A stretch of DNA of 55,505 nt from Deferrisomatales bacterium (GTDB lineage Bacteria; Desulfobacterota; Deferrisomatia; Deferrisomatales; JACRMM01): assembly GCA_033551855.1 (NCBI GenBank), contig JAWSUI010000023.1, positions 1 through 55,505 of the forward strand. The letters are read 5' to 3'. Made by a program: the position numbers and the translations under genes. Shown piece by piece: positions 8,818 through 18,838 of this stretch. Below the pieces are notes generated by a model. The model made no database searches and had not been told where the DNA came from. It saw nothing but the letters and a program-made list of their open reading frames with translations. Position 1 is the first letter of the stretch; each line of letters starts with the position of its first letter.

Positions 8818-9600
8818 ATGATCTTGGTGGCAGAGAACCTCACGGCGACGAACCCGGAGGTCGCCCGCAGTGTGAGGGAGGCAGACCCGGGGCCCCTCCG
8901 GGAGCTCGCGGAGCGCGCGCGTCACGCCGGGGCCGGCTTCTTGGACGTGAACCTGGGAACCGGCCGGTGGGGCGGGCCCGAAGCGGTCGGGTTCGTGCTG
9001 GAGACCCTGAGGGGCTTCTGGGGGGGCGGGATCCTGGTCGACACCCTCGACCCCGTCGCCATGGAGCGGGCCACCGATCTCTGGGAAGGACCCGTCGTCC
9101 TGAACGGCTACGCCGGAGACCCTGGACGGGACGGCATCCTGGAGCTCGCCGCGCGGCGCGGAACCGAGCTCGTGGTTCTGCTCATGGAGCGGGGGATCCC
9201 CCGGGGCGTGGAGGCGCGGTTGGCTCTGGCGGTTGAGCTGACGGCGAACTGTGCGGAGGGGGGCGTTCCCCTTGACAGGCTCTGGATCGATCCGGTCGTG
9301 GCCCCCCTGGGCTGGGCCGAGGGGCAGGAGCACGACGCGGCGCTCCTCGAGGTGCTGCGCCGGCTGCCGCAGGTGCTGGGGCAGCCCGTCAAGACCTTGG
9401 TGGGTCTGTCCAACCTGACCACCGGTGCGGCCGGGGGGCGTCGTGTGCCGTGGCTCCAGGAGGTGTTTCTTGCCGCCGCCGCCGGGGCGGGGCTGACCCA
9501 CGCGATGGTGGACGTCCGAAACCAAGGGGTGCTGCGGACCGCTCGCGCCCTGGGAGTGCTCGAAGGGAGCCGCCTCTTCGCTCCGGAAGAGCTGGCGTAA
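8818..9600 (+). CDS. Pterin-binding TIM-barrel protein (DHPS-like / methyltetrahydrofolate:corrinoid methyltransferase-like)
   Basis: MILVAENL, AGAGFLDVN, LVDT, LWIDP, VGLSNL, FLAAAAGAGL as in the AcsE/MetH pterin-binding domain. Confidence 0.75.
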   Translation: MILVAENLTATNPEVARSVREADPGPLRELAERARHAGAGFLDVNLGTGRWGGPEAVGFVLETLRGFWGGGILVDTLDPVAMERATDLWEGPVVLNGYAGDPGRDGILELAARRGTELVVLLMERGIPRGVEARLALAVELTANCAEGGVPLDRLWIDPVVAPLGWAEGQEHDAALLEVLRRLPQVLGQPVKTLVGLSNLTTGAAGGRRVPWLQEVFLAAAAGAGLTHAMVDVRNQGVLRTARALGVLEGSRLFAPEELA

Positions 9601-9639
9601 CCACTCCGGGAAGGCGCCCTCCTCGCCGCCCAGCGTTCC

Positions 9640-9800
9640 GGGGCTCCCATCCCGCCTCGACCGATTCTCCCAAGCCCGCAGAAACGGGTGAAGCGGGGCG
9701 TACCCGCTTCCTCGCCAACGCCTCGTCCGAATATCGCGGATTGCGGGGCGGAGCGGAGGGGCTTCCCGAGCCCGAGTACGTGCCAGGCGGTGGATCCAGG
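9640..9800. mobile_element. MITE family 1 copy (left end unclear)
   Basis: Ends CCCGAGTACGTGCCAGGCGGTGGATCCAGG; interior aligns inverted with 44370-44515 and directly with 31190-31258. Confidence 0.7.
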
Positions 9801-9883
9801 GGGGGCACTGTTGGGTTGAAGGCGGCCGGTCCTCTGCAGTACCCTGCGCCTCCCGGTCCTCGACCCGGCAAGGAGTCCCCTCG

Positions 9884-11566
9884 ATGTTGCAGGAGATGGC
9901 ATTCGGCGCTGTGGGAGGGTTGGGACTGTTCCTCTTCGGCATGCGCATCATGTCGGAAGGGTTGCAGCGCTCCGCGGGGGCCAGGCTTCGACGACTGCTG
10001 CAGCTCCTCACCCAGAACCGCTTCGTCGCGCTCCTGGTCGGCCTGGTCGTGACCACGGTCGTCCAATCCTCGAGCGCGACCACCGTCATGGTGGTCTCCT
10101 TCGTCAACGCGGGGCTCATGTCCCTGACCCAGGCGGTGGGGGTCGTGCTCGGGGCCAACATCGGCACGACGGTTACCGCCCAATTGATCGCGTTCAAGAT
10201 CCAGCACTACGCCCTGCCCGCCATCGGGGTGGGGATGGGGCTCAAGCTCTTCGGGAGGCGCGAGAACTGGCAGAACCTCGGGGAGATCCTCCTGGGGTTC
10301 GGCCTGCTCTTCTTCGGGATGACCGTCATGCGGGAGGCCTTCGGGCCGCTGCGCTCGGACCCGATGTTCCAGGGGTTGTTCGTCCGGTTCGGCGCGAACC
10401 CCCTTCTCGCCATCGTGGTCGGCGCGGTCTTCACCATGATCGTCCAGTCGAGCACCGCAACGGTGGGCATCGTGATGGCGCTCGCGGGAACCGGTCTCCT
10501 GGACTTTCCGGCATGCGTCGCCATCATCCTGGGAGACAACATCGGGACCACGGTCACCGCCAACCTCGCAGCCGTCGGGACCAATGCGGCAGCCAAGCGA
10601 ACCGCACGGGCACACACGATCTTCAACCTCTGCGGCGTGGCGTGGATCCTACTCATTCTCCCGGCCTTCATGAGCTTCGTAAACTCGATCACCCCCGGCG
10701 ATCCCGATTTCGTGATCCGGACCGCGGAGGAGGCAGCGCGATACGGCGCGCCGATCGGGGAAAAACCGTACATCGCGCGTCACATCGCGAACGCCCACAC
10801 GCTGTTCAACGTGGTCAACTGCCTCGTGTTCCTCCCGCTGTTGGGTCTCCTGACCCGCGCCGCCACCTGGTTGGTCCCCGACCGCGGTGGGGCGATCGAG
10901 TTGGCTTTTCACCTGAAGTACCTGAACCCTCGGGTCCTGGACACCCCCGATATCGCCCTCGGCCAGGCTCGCCTCGAAGTCACCCGCATGGCGGAGCTGA
11001 GCGAGGCCATGCTGCGGCGCTCCTGGGAGTACCTCAAGACGGGGGAGGAGGCCTCTTTCCAGCGGGTCGTGCAGAAGGAGCAGCTCGTGGACCTGCTCCA
11101 AAAGGAGATCACGGATTTTCTCACCACGCTCTCGAGAAAGTCGATCACCTCCGAGGCCTCCAAGGAAGTGGCCGACATGCTGCACATGGTGGCGGACTTG
11201 GAGAGGGTCGGTGACCATGCAGAGAACCTGGCGCGACTGGCGCAACGCGTGCACAAGAACAAGATCGAGTTCTCGGAGGACGCTCAGAAGGGTATCGCCG
11301 AGATCTTCACGGTTGCCCAGGACTTCCTCGCTTTTGCCACCGGCAGCATGATGGAGCGGCACGCATCGATCCTTCCCCGCGCGCGCGAGTTCGAAGAGCG
11401 CATCAATCATTTGGAGGACAGCCTCCGGGAGGGCCACATCCGACGCCTCCAGGAAGGTGCGTGTCAGGTGGAACCCGGTCTGGTCTACATCGACATGCTC
11501 ACGAATTTGGAGAAGATCGGGGACCACGCGTACAATGTGGCCGAGTTCCTGGCGGGCGCCCGCTGA
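9884..11566 (+). CDS. Na+/Pi cotransporter family protein with PhoU-like C-terminal domains
   Basis: GGLGLFLFGM, two QSSxAT repeats, GANIGTTVTA, GDNIGTT, DLERVGDHAEN, NLEKIGDH. Confidence 0.92.
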   Translation: MLQEMAFGAVGGLGLFLFGMRIMSEGLQRSAGARLRRLLQLLTQNRFVALLVGLVVTTVVQSSSATTVMVVSFVNAGLMSLTQAVGVVLGANIGTTVTAQLIAFKIQHYALPAIGVGMGLKLFGRRENWQNLGEILLGFGLLFFGMTVMREAFGPLRSDPMFQGLFVRFGANPLLAIVVGAVFTMIVQSSTATVGIVMALAGTGLLDFPACVAIILGDNIGTTVTANLAAVGTNAAAKRTARAHTIFNLCGVAWILLILPAFMSFVNSITPGDPDFVIRTAEEAARYGAPIGEKPYIARHIANAHTLFNVVNCLVFLPLLGLLTRAATWLVPDRGGAIELAFHLKYLNPRVLDTPDIALGQARLEVTRMAELSEAMLRRSWEYLKTGEEASFQRVVQKEQLVDLLQKEITDFLTTLSRKSITSEASKEVADMLHMVADLERVGDHAENLARLAQRVHKNKIEFSEDAQKGIAEIFTVAQDFLAFATGSMMERHASILPRAREFEERINHLEDSLREGHIRRLQEGACQVEPGLVYIDMLTNLEKIGDHAYNVAEFLAGAR

Positions 11567-11648
11567 GAGGGGTTCCTGCCTCCGCCCTTGCCACCCGGGC
11601 CGGGACCGGAAGCCCTTCCGCACGGTCCGCCGCCGCGCCCCACCCCCC

Positions 11649-12992
11649 ATGGAGCTTCCCTTGAGACGATGCGCGCTGCTCCCCCGGCTCCCGGTCCTGG
11701 CCTTGGCCCTCTTCGCCGTGGTCGCCCTACCCGGCGGGGGCTCCGCCGAGCTCTCCCCCGAGGCCCGTGACGAGCTGTACCGGCGGCTGAGGGTCCTCGC
11801 GGAAGCCCTGGATGTGGTGCAACGAGACTACGTCGAGGAGATCAGCCCCGAGGACCTCGTGCACGGGGCCGTCCAGGGCATCGTGTCACGCCTGGATCCC
11901 CACTCCTCCTTTCTCTCCCCGGACCTGTTTCGCGAGATGCAGGTGGATACCGAGGGGGCCTTCGGGGGCCTCGGCATCGAGGTCTCGGTGCGGGAGGGAA
12001 AGCTCACCGTGGTCAGCCCCATCGAGGGTACCCCCGCCGCCGCCGCGGGCATCCTGGCGGGGGACGTGATCGTGATGATCGAGGAGGAGCCGACCCAGGA
12101 CATGGAGTTGATGGAGGCGGTGCGCCGCATGCGGGGCCCGAGGGGCACCCAGGTGACGATTCACGTCATGCGGGAAGGCTTCGAGAAACCCCGGGCATTC
12201 ACCCTCGTGCGAGACATCATCCGCATCCACAGCGTGCGCGCGCGAAGGCTCGGGGAGCTGGGCCTGATCCGCATCGTGCAGTTCCAGCAGGGCACCCACG
12301 GGGAGGTGCGGGAGGCCCTCGGGGGGCTTGCCGAGGAGGGACCCCTCTCGGGCCTGATCCTCGACCTGCGCAATGACCCCGGGGGGCTTCTGGATCAGGC
12401 GGTCAAAGTGGCCGATCTGTTTCTCAAGGGCGGGACGGTGGTATCCACCCGAGGGCGCGACCCGGAGCAGGAGGTGGTCTACGCCGCCCGGGACGACGGC
12501 GACGAGCCGGATTTCCCGATGGTGGTCCTGGTGAACGAAGGCAGCGCCTCGGCCTCGGAGATCGTGGCCGGGGCCCTGCAAGACCACCGGCGGGCCCTGA
12601 TTCTGGGAGAGCGAACGTTCGGGAAGGGCAGCGTCCAGACGATCCTGCCCCTATCGGACGGGTCCGGGCTTCGGGTGACCACCGCCCTGTACTACACGCC
12701 GTCCGGCCGCAGTATCCAGGCAAAGGGAATCGTGCCCGACGTGCACGTCCCGAGCGGGGCCGTGCTGGTGGTCCAGCCCCGGTCCCCCCACGGTCAGACC
12801 CGAGAGGAGGACCTGAAGGGGCATTTCGAGAAGGACGGGGCCGGGGACGGCGACGCCGAGGCCGACGGCCCGGGCGGGGCCCCAGACCTGCAGTTGGAGC
12901 GAGCCGTGGAGATCCTCGAGGGGTGGCGGATCTTCCAGTCCCTGCGTTCGGCGCCCGCCGGCGAGGTCTCGGCCGGAAACGATGCCCAGTAA
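11649..12992 (+). CDS. ctpA: Carboxyl-terminal processing protease, peptidase S41 with PDZ domain
   Basis: LDPHS, FGGLGIEV, ILDLRNDPGG, SASASEIVAGALQD, TFGKGSVQ. Confidence 0.93.
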   Translation: MELPLRRCALLPRLPVLALALFAVVALPGGGSAELSPEARDELYRRLRVLAEALDVVQRDYVEEISPEDLVHGAVQGIVSRLDPHSSFLSPDLFREMQVDTEGAFGGLGIEVSVREGKLTVVSPIEGTPAAAAGILAGDVIVMIEEEPTQDMELMEAVRRMRGPRGTQVTIHVMREGFEKPRAFTLVRDIIRIHSVRARRLGELGLIRIVQFQQGTHGEVREALGGLAEEGPLSGLILDLRNDPGGLLDQAVKVADLFLKGGTVVSTRGRDPEQEVVYAARDDGDEPDFPMVVLVNEGSASASEIVAGALQDHRRALILGERTFGKGSVQTILPLSDGSGLRVTTALYYTPSGRSIQAKGIVPDVHVPSGAVLVVQPRSPHGQTREEDLKGHFEKDGAGDGDAEADGPGGAPDLQLERAVEILEGWRIFQSLRSAPAGEVSAGNDAQ

Positions 12993-14043
12993 GCGGAGGG
13001 GTCGGAGGGGGCGGCTCCGGAAGAGTTGGGTTGTCGGGGGGGGCGTCCTTCTTGCGATGGCGATGGGGTTCGTCGGCGGCGTCCTCTACCGGGGCGGCTG
13101 GGAACCTGCGCCCGCCCCGCCTCCGGCGCCCTCCGCGGCATTTCTGGAAGAGCTCGTGGGCCCCCTGGATCCGCGGGTCGCGAGACGAGTGGTCGAGGAT
13201 CGGACCGCAGCCCGACGGGTCCACGAACGCCTCGAGGGGGCGGCCCGCCGATACGGCGGCACGGTGGCGGAGACCGGCCGTGGGGAGGAGTCCCTGCGGC
13301 TGGAGGTTCGGGTAGGGGAAGAAGTCTACCCGGTCGAGCTGTGGTGGCCCCGGCCGGCCGTGCAGACGCCGCGGCTGGCCGTCGTGATCGACGATCTGGG
13401 GCGGAGCCGGGAGGAGGCGGTCGCCTTCCTCGACATCCCCCTGCCCATCACCATGGCGATCCTGCCCCACCTGCCGCAGAGCGAGGCGGTGTCGCGGTTG
13501 GCGCGGGAGCGGGGTCGGGAGTTCCTCCTCCACCTGCCCATGGAGCCGCAGGGTTATCCGGCCAAGGAGCCGGGGGAGGGGGCCCTCCTGGAGGGCATGG
13601 GGGAAATGGAGATCCGGGTACTGCTCGCCCGAAACCTGGCCGCGGTTCCCGGGGCGGCCGGCGTCAACAACCACATGGGCTCCCGTTTGACCGAGCTGGA
13701 CGCCCCCATGGCCTGGGTCATGGACGAGCTCGCACTTCGGGGACTCTTCTTCCTGGACAGCCTGACATCCCCGCGGAGTGTGGCCGCCCGGGTGGCCGAC
13801 CGATTCGGGGTTGCCTCGGCGCGGCGGGACGTGTTCTTGGACAACGAACGGGACGAGGAGAAGATCGGCGCACAGCTCCAGAAGGCCGTGGACCTGGCGC
13901 GGACCCGAGGCTTCGCCGTCGCGATCGGTCATCCCCACAAGGAAACCCTGCGTGTCTTGACCCGGTGGGCGCCGAAGATCGAGGCCGAGGGGGTCCGGGT
14001 CGTACCCCTAGGGGAGGTCCTGCGGCGGGCCAACGGGGTGTGA
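12982..14043 (+). CDS. Divergent polysaccharide deacetylase family protein (YibQ-like)
   Basis: AVVIDDLG, LHLPMEP, GVNNHMGS, FLDSLT, RDVFLDN, AIGHP; usual position after ctpA. Confidence 0.92.
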   Translation: MPSKRRGRRGRLRKSWVVGGGVLLAMAMGFVGGVLYRGGWEPAPAPPPAPSAAFLEELVGPLDPRVARRVVEDRTAARRVHERLEGAARRYGGTVAETGRGEESLRLEVRVGEEVYPVELWWPRPAVQTPRLAVVIDDLGRSREEAVAFLDIPLPITMAILPHLPQSEAVSRLARERGREFLLHLPMEPQGYPAKEPGEGALLEGMGEMEIRVLLARNLAAVPGAAGVNNHMGSRLTELDAPMAWVMDELALRGLFFLDSLTSPRSVAARVADRFGVASARRDVFLDNERDEEKIGAQLQKAVDLARTRGFAVAIGHPHKETLRVLTRWAPKIEAEGVRVVPLGEVLRRANGV

Positions 14044-14156
14044 AGGGTCAGGGGGGCCCCGGCTCTCAGCGTCTGTGCAACCATGCTGCTGCCCGCCCGG
14101 ATGGCTTCGTCGCGCACTCCGGCCTGCCCACGACGATTCTTTCGCAAACGCCTGGA

Positions 14157-14591
14157 TCAGACCCCCAGCCGTTCCCGAAGGCCCCGTTCCCCCTGGGGCC
14201 CCAGCAGCGTGGCCACGAGCCGGCCGTCCCGGAAGAGCAGCACGGTGGGGACTCCCCGGATGCCATACCGTCGGGCGGTGGCCGGGTTCTGCTCCGCGTT
14301 GAGCTGCATGACCCGGGCCTTGCCGAACAGGTTGACGGCCATGTGGCGGACGCTCACCTCGTACTGAGAGCAGACCCCGCACTGGGGGGACCAGACCTCG
14401 ACGATGGTGGGAACCCGGGACCCCAGGACTTCCCTGTCCCAGGTGGCGTCCGTGGCAGGTATGGGTACGGCGTGGGACGGGACGAGGGGGGCTCCGCAGG
14501 CGCCGCACGTACCTCGCTTCCCGGCCTTTTCGTGTGGGAGCCGGTTGCGGGCGCCGCAGCTGGAGCACTGGACGAGGTACGTGTCGGGCAT
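14157..14591 (-). CDS. trxC: Thioredoxin 2-like protein with N-terminal zinc finger
   Basis: CSSCGARNRL..CGACG zinc finger; WSPQCGVC; YGIRGVPT. Confidence 0.75.
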   Translation of the reverse strand: MPDTYLVQCSSCGARNRLPHEKAGKRGTCGACGAPLVPSHAVPIPATDATWDREVLGSRVPTIVEVWSPQCGVCSQYEVSVRHMAVNLFGKARVMQLNAEQNPATARRYGIRGVPTVLLFRDGRLVATLLGPQGERGLRERLGV

Positions 14592-14701
14592 GGTCCCCTC
14601 CAAGCGCTGGGGGCACCGAGCGCGTCGTGCCCCCGGGAACGAAGACCTCTCGCGGCTCGACCGGGAGCTCGACGGGATGGCGTCCCGTGTGAAATCCCCC
14701 C

Positions 14702-15451
14702 CTACGGCGCTCCGCCCCCGGCGGCGCGGAGCGCCCGGGCAACCGTCGCTCCCCGGCGGCGCACGCACACCAGTTCCGCGGCCACGGCGAGCGCGAGCTC
14801 CCCCCCGGACTCCGCCCCGATCGGGAGGCCGACCGGCGTAAACACCTGGGCAAGCCACTCCCGAGGGACCCCCTGCTGTGCCAGGGTCTCCAGGGCGAGG
14901 TCCACCCTGCGGGGGCGTCCGACGATCCCTGCATAGGCGGCCTTTCTCAGGAGGGCCTCCGAGAGGCACTCCACGTCGTGTGCATCGCCCCGCGCCACGA
15001 CCACGACGTAGGCATTGGGGCCCAAGGGCAGCCTTGCCAGCGCATCCCGAGGGGGGGCGTGGATCAGGCGGCAACCCGGGAAGCGGGCGGGGCTGGCCAG
15101 GCTGCGCCGGTCGTCGACGACCGCCACCGCAAAACCCGCTTCCCGACAGCACCGCGCCAGGGCGGGAGCGATCGACTCGGCCCCGCACAGCAGCAGGTGG
15201 GCGTCCCCGGTCAGGAGGTCAAAGAATACCCGTCGCCCGAGGACCTCCTCGGTGCGGCTCTGCCCCTCCTGGAGGACCCGCAGGGCCCGGGCGGTCAGCT
15301 CGGCGTCCAGGTGGGTGGAGCCGGTGGTCCCCTCCATGGCGCCGTCCCGGCGGATGATCAGCTTCGTTCGGCCGGCGCCGGTCAGGGCCGTGGCCAGCAC
15401 GAACGTGTCTCCGCTCTCCAACAGCTCGACGGACCGGGTGAGGGCGTCCAC
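14702..15451 (-). CDS. XdhC/CoxF family molybdoenzyme accessory protein
   Basis: GTTGS, VVDDR, RFP, HDVECL, YAGIVG, PVGLPIGAESGGELALAVAAEL. Confidence 0.85.
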   Translation of the reverse strand: MDALTRSVELLESGDTFVLATALTGAGRTKLIIRRDGAMEGTTGSTHLDAELTARALRVLQEGQSRTEEVLGRRVFFDLLTGDAHLLLCGAESIAPALARCCREAGFAVAVVDDRRSLASPARFPGCRLIHAPPRDALARLPLGPNAYVVVVARGDAHDVECLSEALLRKAAYAGIVGRPRRVDLALETLAQQGVPREWLAQVFTPVGLPIGAESGGELALAVAAELVCVRRRGATVARALRAAGGGAP

Positions 15452-15519
15452 GGCGTTTCCCCCTCCATGGGACGATGACCGACAGCTTATTGGAACCCAG
15501 GAGGGGGGAGGGCGGCAAG

Positions 15520-15561
15520 GGGCTCGCGAGTCCCGAGCACGTGCCAGGTGGAGGATCCAGG
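15520..15561. mobile_element. MITE family 1 right end (truncated copy)
   Basis: CCCGAGCACGTGCCAGGTGGAGGATCCAGG. Confidence 0.65.
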
Positions 15562-15574
15562 GGTTCTCTTCCCG

Positions 15575-15605
15575 TTGACCCTTCCCCGGGGCCGTGTGCT
15601 ATCAT
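15575..15605 (+). promoter_or_regulatory. Putative sigma70 promoter of the pyr operon
   Basis: TTGACC (15575) and extended -10 TGc-TATCAT (15600-15605); 19-nt spacer is long. Confidence 0.55.
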
Positions 15606-15674
15606 GCGGGGACTTCGGGACCGAGGTTCACCGAGGAAGGGATGACTGCCCGAAACCGGCAAGCTGCCAGGACG

Positions 15675-15706
15675 CCTTCTCCGCCAGAGCGAGAAGGTTT
15701 TTTTTT
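15675..15706 (+). terminator. Intrinsic terminator / attenuator in the pyr leader
   Basis: CCTTCT-C-CGC-CAGA-GCG-AGAAGG stem followed by T9, between the promoter and pyrR. Confidence 0.75.
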
Positions 15707-16017
15707 GGGCTCATCCGGGAAACGGCCGGGTGGGTCCGACCACTCCGGCGGCCGATGCCGGACGCCCCGACGCTTGCGAGCCCTCGGGTCCTCCGGAACG
15801 CCCGAAGGGACCACAGGCCCAACGGGGAGTCGGTCATCGAGCGGCCGACCGCCTGCGCCGGCGGACCCACCCGGCCGTCCGCGAGCACGGATACCCGTCA
15901 TTCTCCGGAAGAGCCTTTTGGGGCTCGTTCAGGAGTCGGTCGGACCCACTCGACCGTCCTTCGGAACGAGGAGGCCCCCGTCGTTCCCCGGAAGAACCTT
16001 TTTCTCGAGGTGAGACC

Positions 16018-16590
16018 GTGGTAGAGGCCCAGACCTCCCGGCGGGTCCTCCTGAACGCCGCCGCCGTCCGGCGGGCTCTGGCCCGCATGGCCCACGAGAT
16101 CCTGGAGCGCAACCGGGGCACGGAGGGCTTGGTCCTGGTGGGAGTCGTCCGACAGGGGGATCTCCTGGCAGCCCGGCTGCAGGACCAGATCCGACTGGTG
16201 GAGGGCGCCTCGGTGCCCCTGGGCCGCCTGGACATCACCCTGTACCGGGACGACCTGGCAAGGGCCGGTGCCCCGCCCATGCTCCGTCCGACGGACATCC
16301 CGTTTGCCCTCGACGACCGCACGGTGGTCCTGGTGGACGATGTGCTGTACACCGGCCGCACCGCCCGGGCCGCCCTGGACGCGATCATGGATTTCGGGAG
16401 GCCCCGGGCGGTTCAGCTGGCCGTGCTGGTGGATCGGGGTCACCGGGAGCTTCCCATACAGCCCGATTACACGGGCCACGTCATCCGAACCGTGCGGGAT
16501 GAGGAGGTGGAGGTCCGTTTGGGGATCGACCCGGGCGATGACGCGGTGCTCCTGGTGGAGCCCGTTCGCAGTGTCGAGGGAGGCGTGTGA
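16018..16590 (+). CDS. pyrR: Bifunctional pyrimidine operon regulator / uracil phosphoribosyltransferase
   Basis: [45 protein letters not shown] start with GAGG RBS. Confidence 0.95.
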   Translation: MVEAQTSRRVLLNAAAVRRALARMAHEILERNRGTEGLVLVGVVRQGDLLAARLQDQIRLVEGASVPLGRLDITLYRDDLARAGAPPMLRPTDIPFALDDRTVVLVDDVLYTGRTARAALDAIMDFGRPRAVQLAVLVDRGHRELPIQPDYTGHVIRTVRDEEVEVRLGIDPGDDAVLLVEPVRSVEGGV

Positions 16591-17537
16591 TGGCAGCAGG
16601 CGCGGCCTTCGACCGTCCCCACCTCCTCGGCATCGAGCCCCTGGCGCCGGAGGAGATCGTCGCGATCCTCGACGCTGCAGAGGGCTTCGCCGAGGTGGGG
16701 CGGCGGGACGTCAAGAAGGTGCCCACCCTGCGGGGGAAGACGGTGGTGAACTGCTTCTTCGAACCCTCCACACGGACCCGGATCTCCTTCGAGATCGCAG
16801 AGAAGCGTCTCTCGGCGGATGCCGTGAACTTCTCTGCATCCGGAAGCTCCGTCTCGAAGGGCGAGACCCTCCTCGACACGGTGAAGAACCTGGAGGCCAT
16901 GGCCCCCGACGTCCTGGTGATTCGCCACGGCGCGGCGGGGGCGGCGGATTTCGTGGCAGCCCGCGTGCAGGCTGCGGTGGTCAATGCCGGGGACGGGCGC
17001 CACGAGCACCCCACCCAAGCCCTCCTCGACCTCTTCACGATCCGGCGCCGCAAGGGGAGGATCGAGGGGCTCACGGTGGCCATCCTCGGCGACATCGCCA
17101 ACAGCCGCGTGGCCCGCTCGAACATCCACGCCCTCACCAAGCTCGGCGCGCGCGTGCGGGTTTGCGGACCCCCGACCATGTTGCCCCCCCACGTCGAGCG
17201 CCTCGGAGTCGAGGCGACCCACGACGTGCGGACCGCCGTGGCCGGCGCCGACGTGGTGATGGCGCTGCGCATCCAGAAGGAGCGCCTCGGCCGGGCGACG
17301 TTCCCCAGTCTTCGAGAGTATGCGCGGTTCTTCGGCCTGAATGCCTCGGTGCTGGATCGGGCGGCCCCCGATGCGATCGTGATGCACCCGGGACCCATCA
17401 ATCGAGGTGTCGAGATCTCCTCCGAGGTGGCAGACGGGCCCCGGTCCGTGATCCTGGAGCAGGTGGAGAGCGGGGTGGCGGTGCGCATGGCGGTGATCTA
17501 CCTCTTGGCGGGCGGGAGGTCGGAATGGACGTCGTGA
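16590..17537 (+). CDS. pyrB: Aspartate carbamoyltransferase catalytic subunit
   Basis: [49 protein letters not shown]. Confidence 0.97.
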   Translation: MAAGAAFDRPHLLGIEPLAPEEIVAILDAAEGFAEVGRRDVKKVPTLRGKTVVNCFFEPSTRTRISFEIAEKRLSADAVNFSASGSSVSKGETLLDTVKNLEAMAPDVLVIRHGAAGAADFVAARVQAAVVNAGDGRHEHPTQALLDLFTIRRRKGRIEGLTVAILGDIANSRVARSNIHALTKLGARVRVCGPPTMLPPHVERLGVEATHDVRTAVAGADVVMALRIQKERLGRATFPSLREYARFFGLNASVLDRAAPDAIVMHPGPINRGVEISSEVADGPRSVILEQVESGVAVRMAVIYLLAGGRSEWTS

Positions 17538-18838
17538 TCCGGGGAGCCCACCTGGTGGATCCGGCCGCCGGCGTGGACGGCAGGCGCGACCTGGGGGTGC
17601 GAGGCGGCCTCATCGTCGCCGTCGAGCCCTCCCTCGACCCCGGCGGGGCGCCGGTGATCGATGCCGGCGGGCTGCACGCATTCCCGGGGCTGATCGACGT
17701 GCACGTGCACCTGCGGGAGCCCGGGTACGAGTACAAGGAGACCGTGGCCACGGGGAGCCGGGCCGCTGCGGCGGGAGGGTTCACCGCTGTGGCGTGTATG
17801 CCCAACACCCAGCCTGTCAACGACTCGGCAGAGGTCACCCGGTACATCCTGGAGAAGGCCCGGCACGGGGCCGTCTGCCGCGTCTACCCGGTGGGGGCGA
17901 TCTCCAAGGGCCTGCAGGGGGAAGAGTTGGCCGAGATGGGAGATCTCGCCGAGGCCGGGTGCGTAGCCGTGACAGACGACGGCCGGCCGGTCTCCTCGAG
18001 CCTCTTGATGCGCCGGGCGCTGGAGTACGCGAAGGGTTTCCGGTTGACGGTGATCAGTCACTGCGAGGACTTGGAGCTTGCTGCCGGCGGGTGCATCAAC
18101 GAGGGCCTCACCTCGGCCCACCTGGGGCTGCCGGCCCTCCCGGCCGAGGCCGAAGAGATCCAGGTGGTGCGCGACCTCCTGCTGCTGCGGCGCGCCGGCG
18201 GCCGTCTGCACCTGGCCCATCTCTCCACCCGGGGCAGCGTCGAGTTCCTGCGGTGGGGAAAGCGCTTGGGCCTGGCGGTGACCGGCGAGACCGCGCCCCA
18301 CTATTTCACCCTGACGGACGATGCGGTGCGCGGCTTCGACGCGCGCTTCAAGATGAACCCCCCGCTGCGTGAGATCGCCGACGTGGAGGGTGTGCAGCGG
18401 GCCGTGGCCCGTGGCGTGGTCGATGCCATCGCCACGGATCATGCCCCCCACGCCGCGGACGAGAAGGAGGTCGAGTTCGAGGCGGCCGCCAACGGCGTGG
18501 TGGGGCTCGAGACGAGCCTGGCCCTCTCTCTGCGATTGGTCCACGAGGGGATTGCGACCCTGCCCCGGGTGGTGGCGGCGCTCACTTGCGGGCCCGCCCG
18601 CGCCCTCGGCCTAGGCGGGGGAACCCTCCGCGTGGGGACCCCCGCGGATCTCGTCCTCGTGGACGTGGATGCCCCCTTCGACGTGGACTCCGCTCGCTTC
18701 CACAGCAAGGCAAGAAACTGCCCCTTCGACGGGAGCCGGCTGAGGGGCCGCGCCGTGCGCACGATGGTGGGCGGGAAGACCGTGTTCCTGGAAGGCCGCA
18801 TCGCGGCCGAGAATCTCGAAACCGCGGAGATCCGATGA
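17525..18838 (+). CDS. pyrC: Dihydroorotase
   Basis: [44 protein letters not shown]. Confidence 0.96.
   Translation: MDVVIRGAHLVDPAAGVDGRRDLGVRGGLIVAVEPSLDPGGAPVIDAGGLHAFPGLIDVHVHLREPGYEYKETVATGSRAAAAGGFTAVACMPNTQPVNDSAEVTRYILEKARHGAVCRVYPVGAISKGLQGEELAEMGDLAEAGCVAVTDDGRPVSSSLLMRRALEYAKGFRLTVISHCEDLELAAGGCINEGLTSAHLGLPALPAEAEEIQVVRDLLLLRRAGGRLHLAHLSTRGSVEFLRWGKRLGLAVTGETAPHYFTLTDDAVRGFDARFKMNPPLREIADVEGVQRAVARGVVDAIATDHAPHAADEKEVEFEAAANGVVGLETSLALSLRLVHEGIATLPRVVAALTCGPARALGLGGGTLRVGTPADLVLVDVDAPFDVDSARFHSKARNCPFDGSRLRGRAVRTMVGGKTVFLEGRIAAENLETAEIR

Noticed and set aside
15625..15672. SAM-I-like words (GGGA..GCCC..CCGGCAA..TGCC) in the pyr leader
   Set aside because: No AUC/GAU P1 pairing or full P3/P4 found, and the downstream genes are unrelated to SAM.
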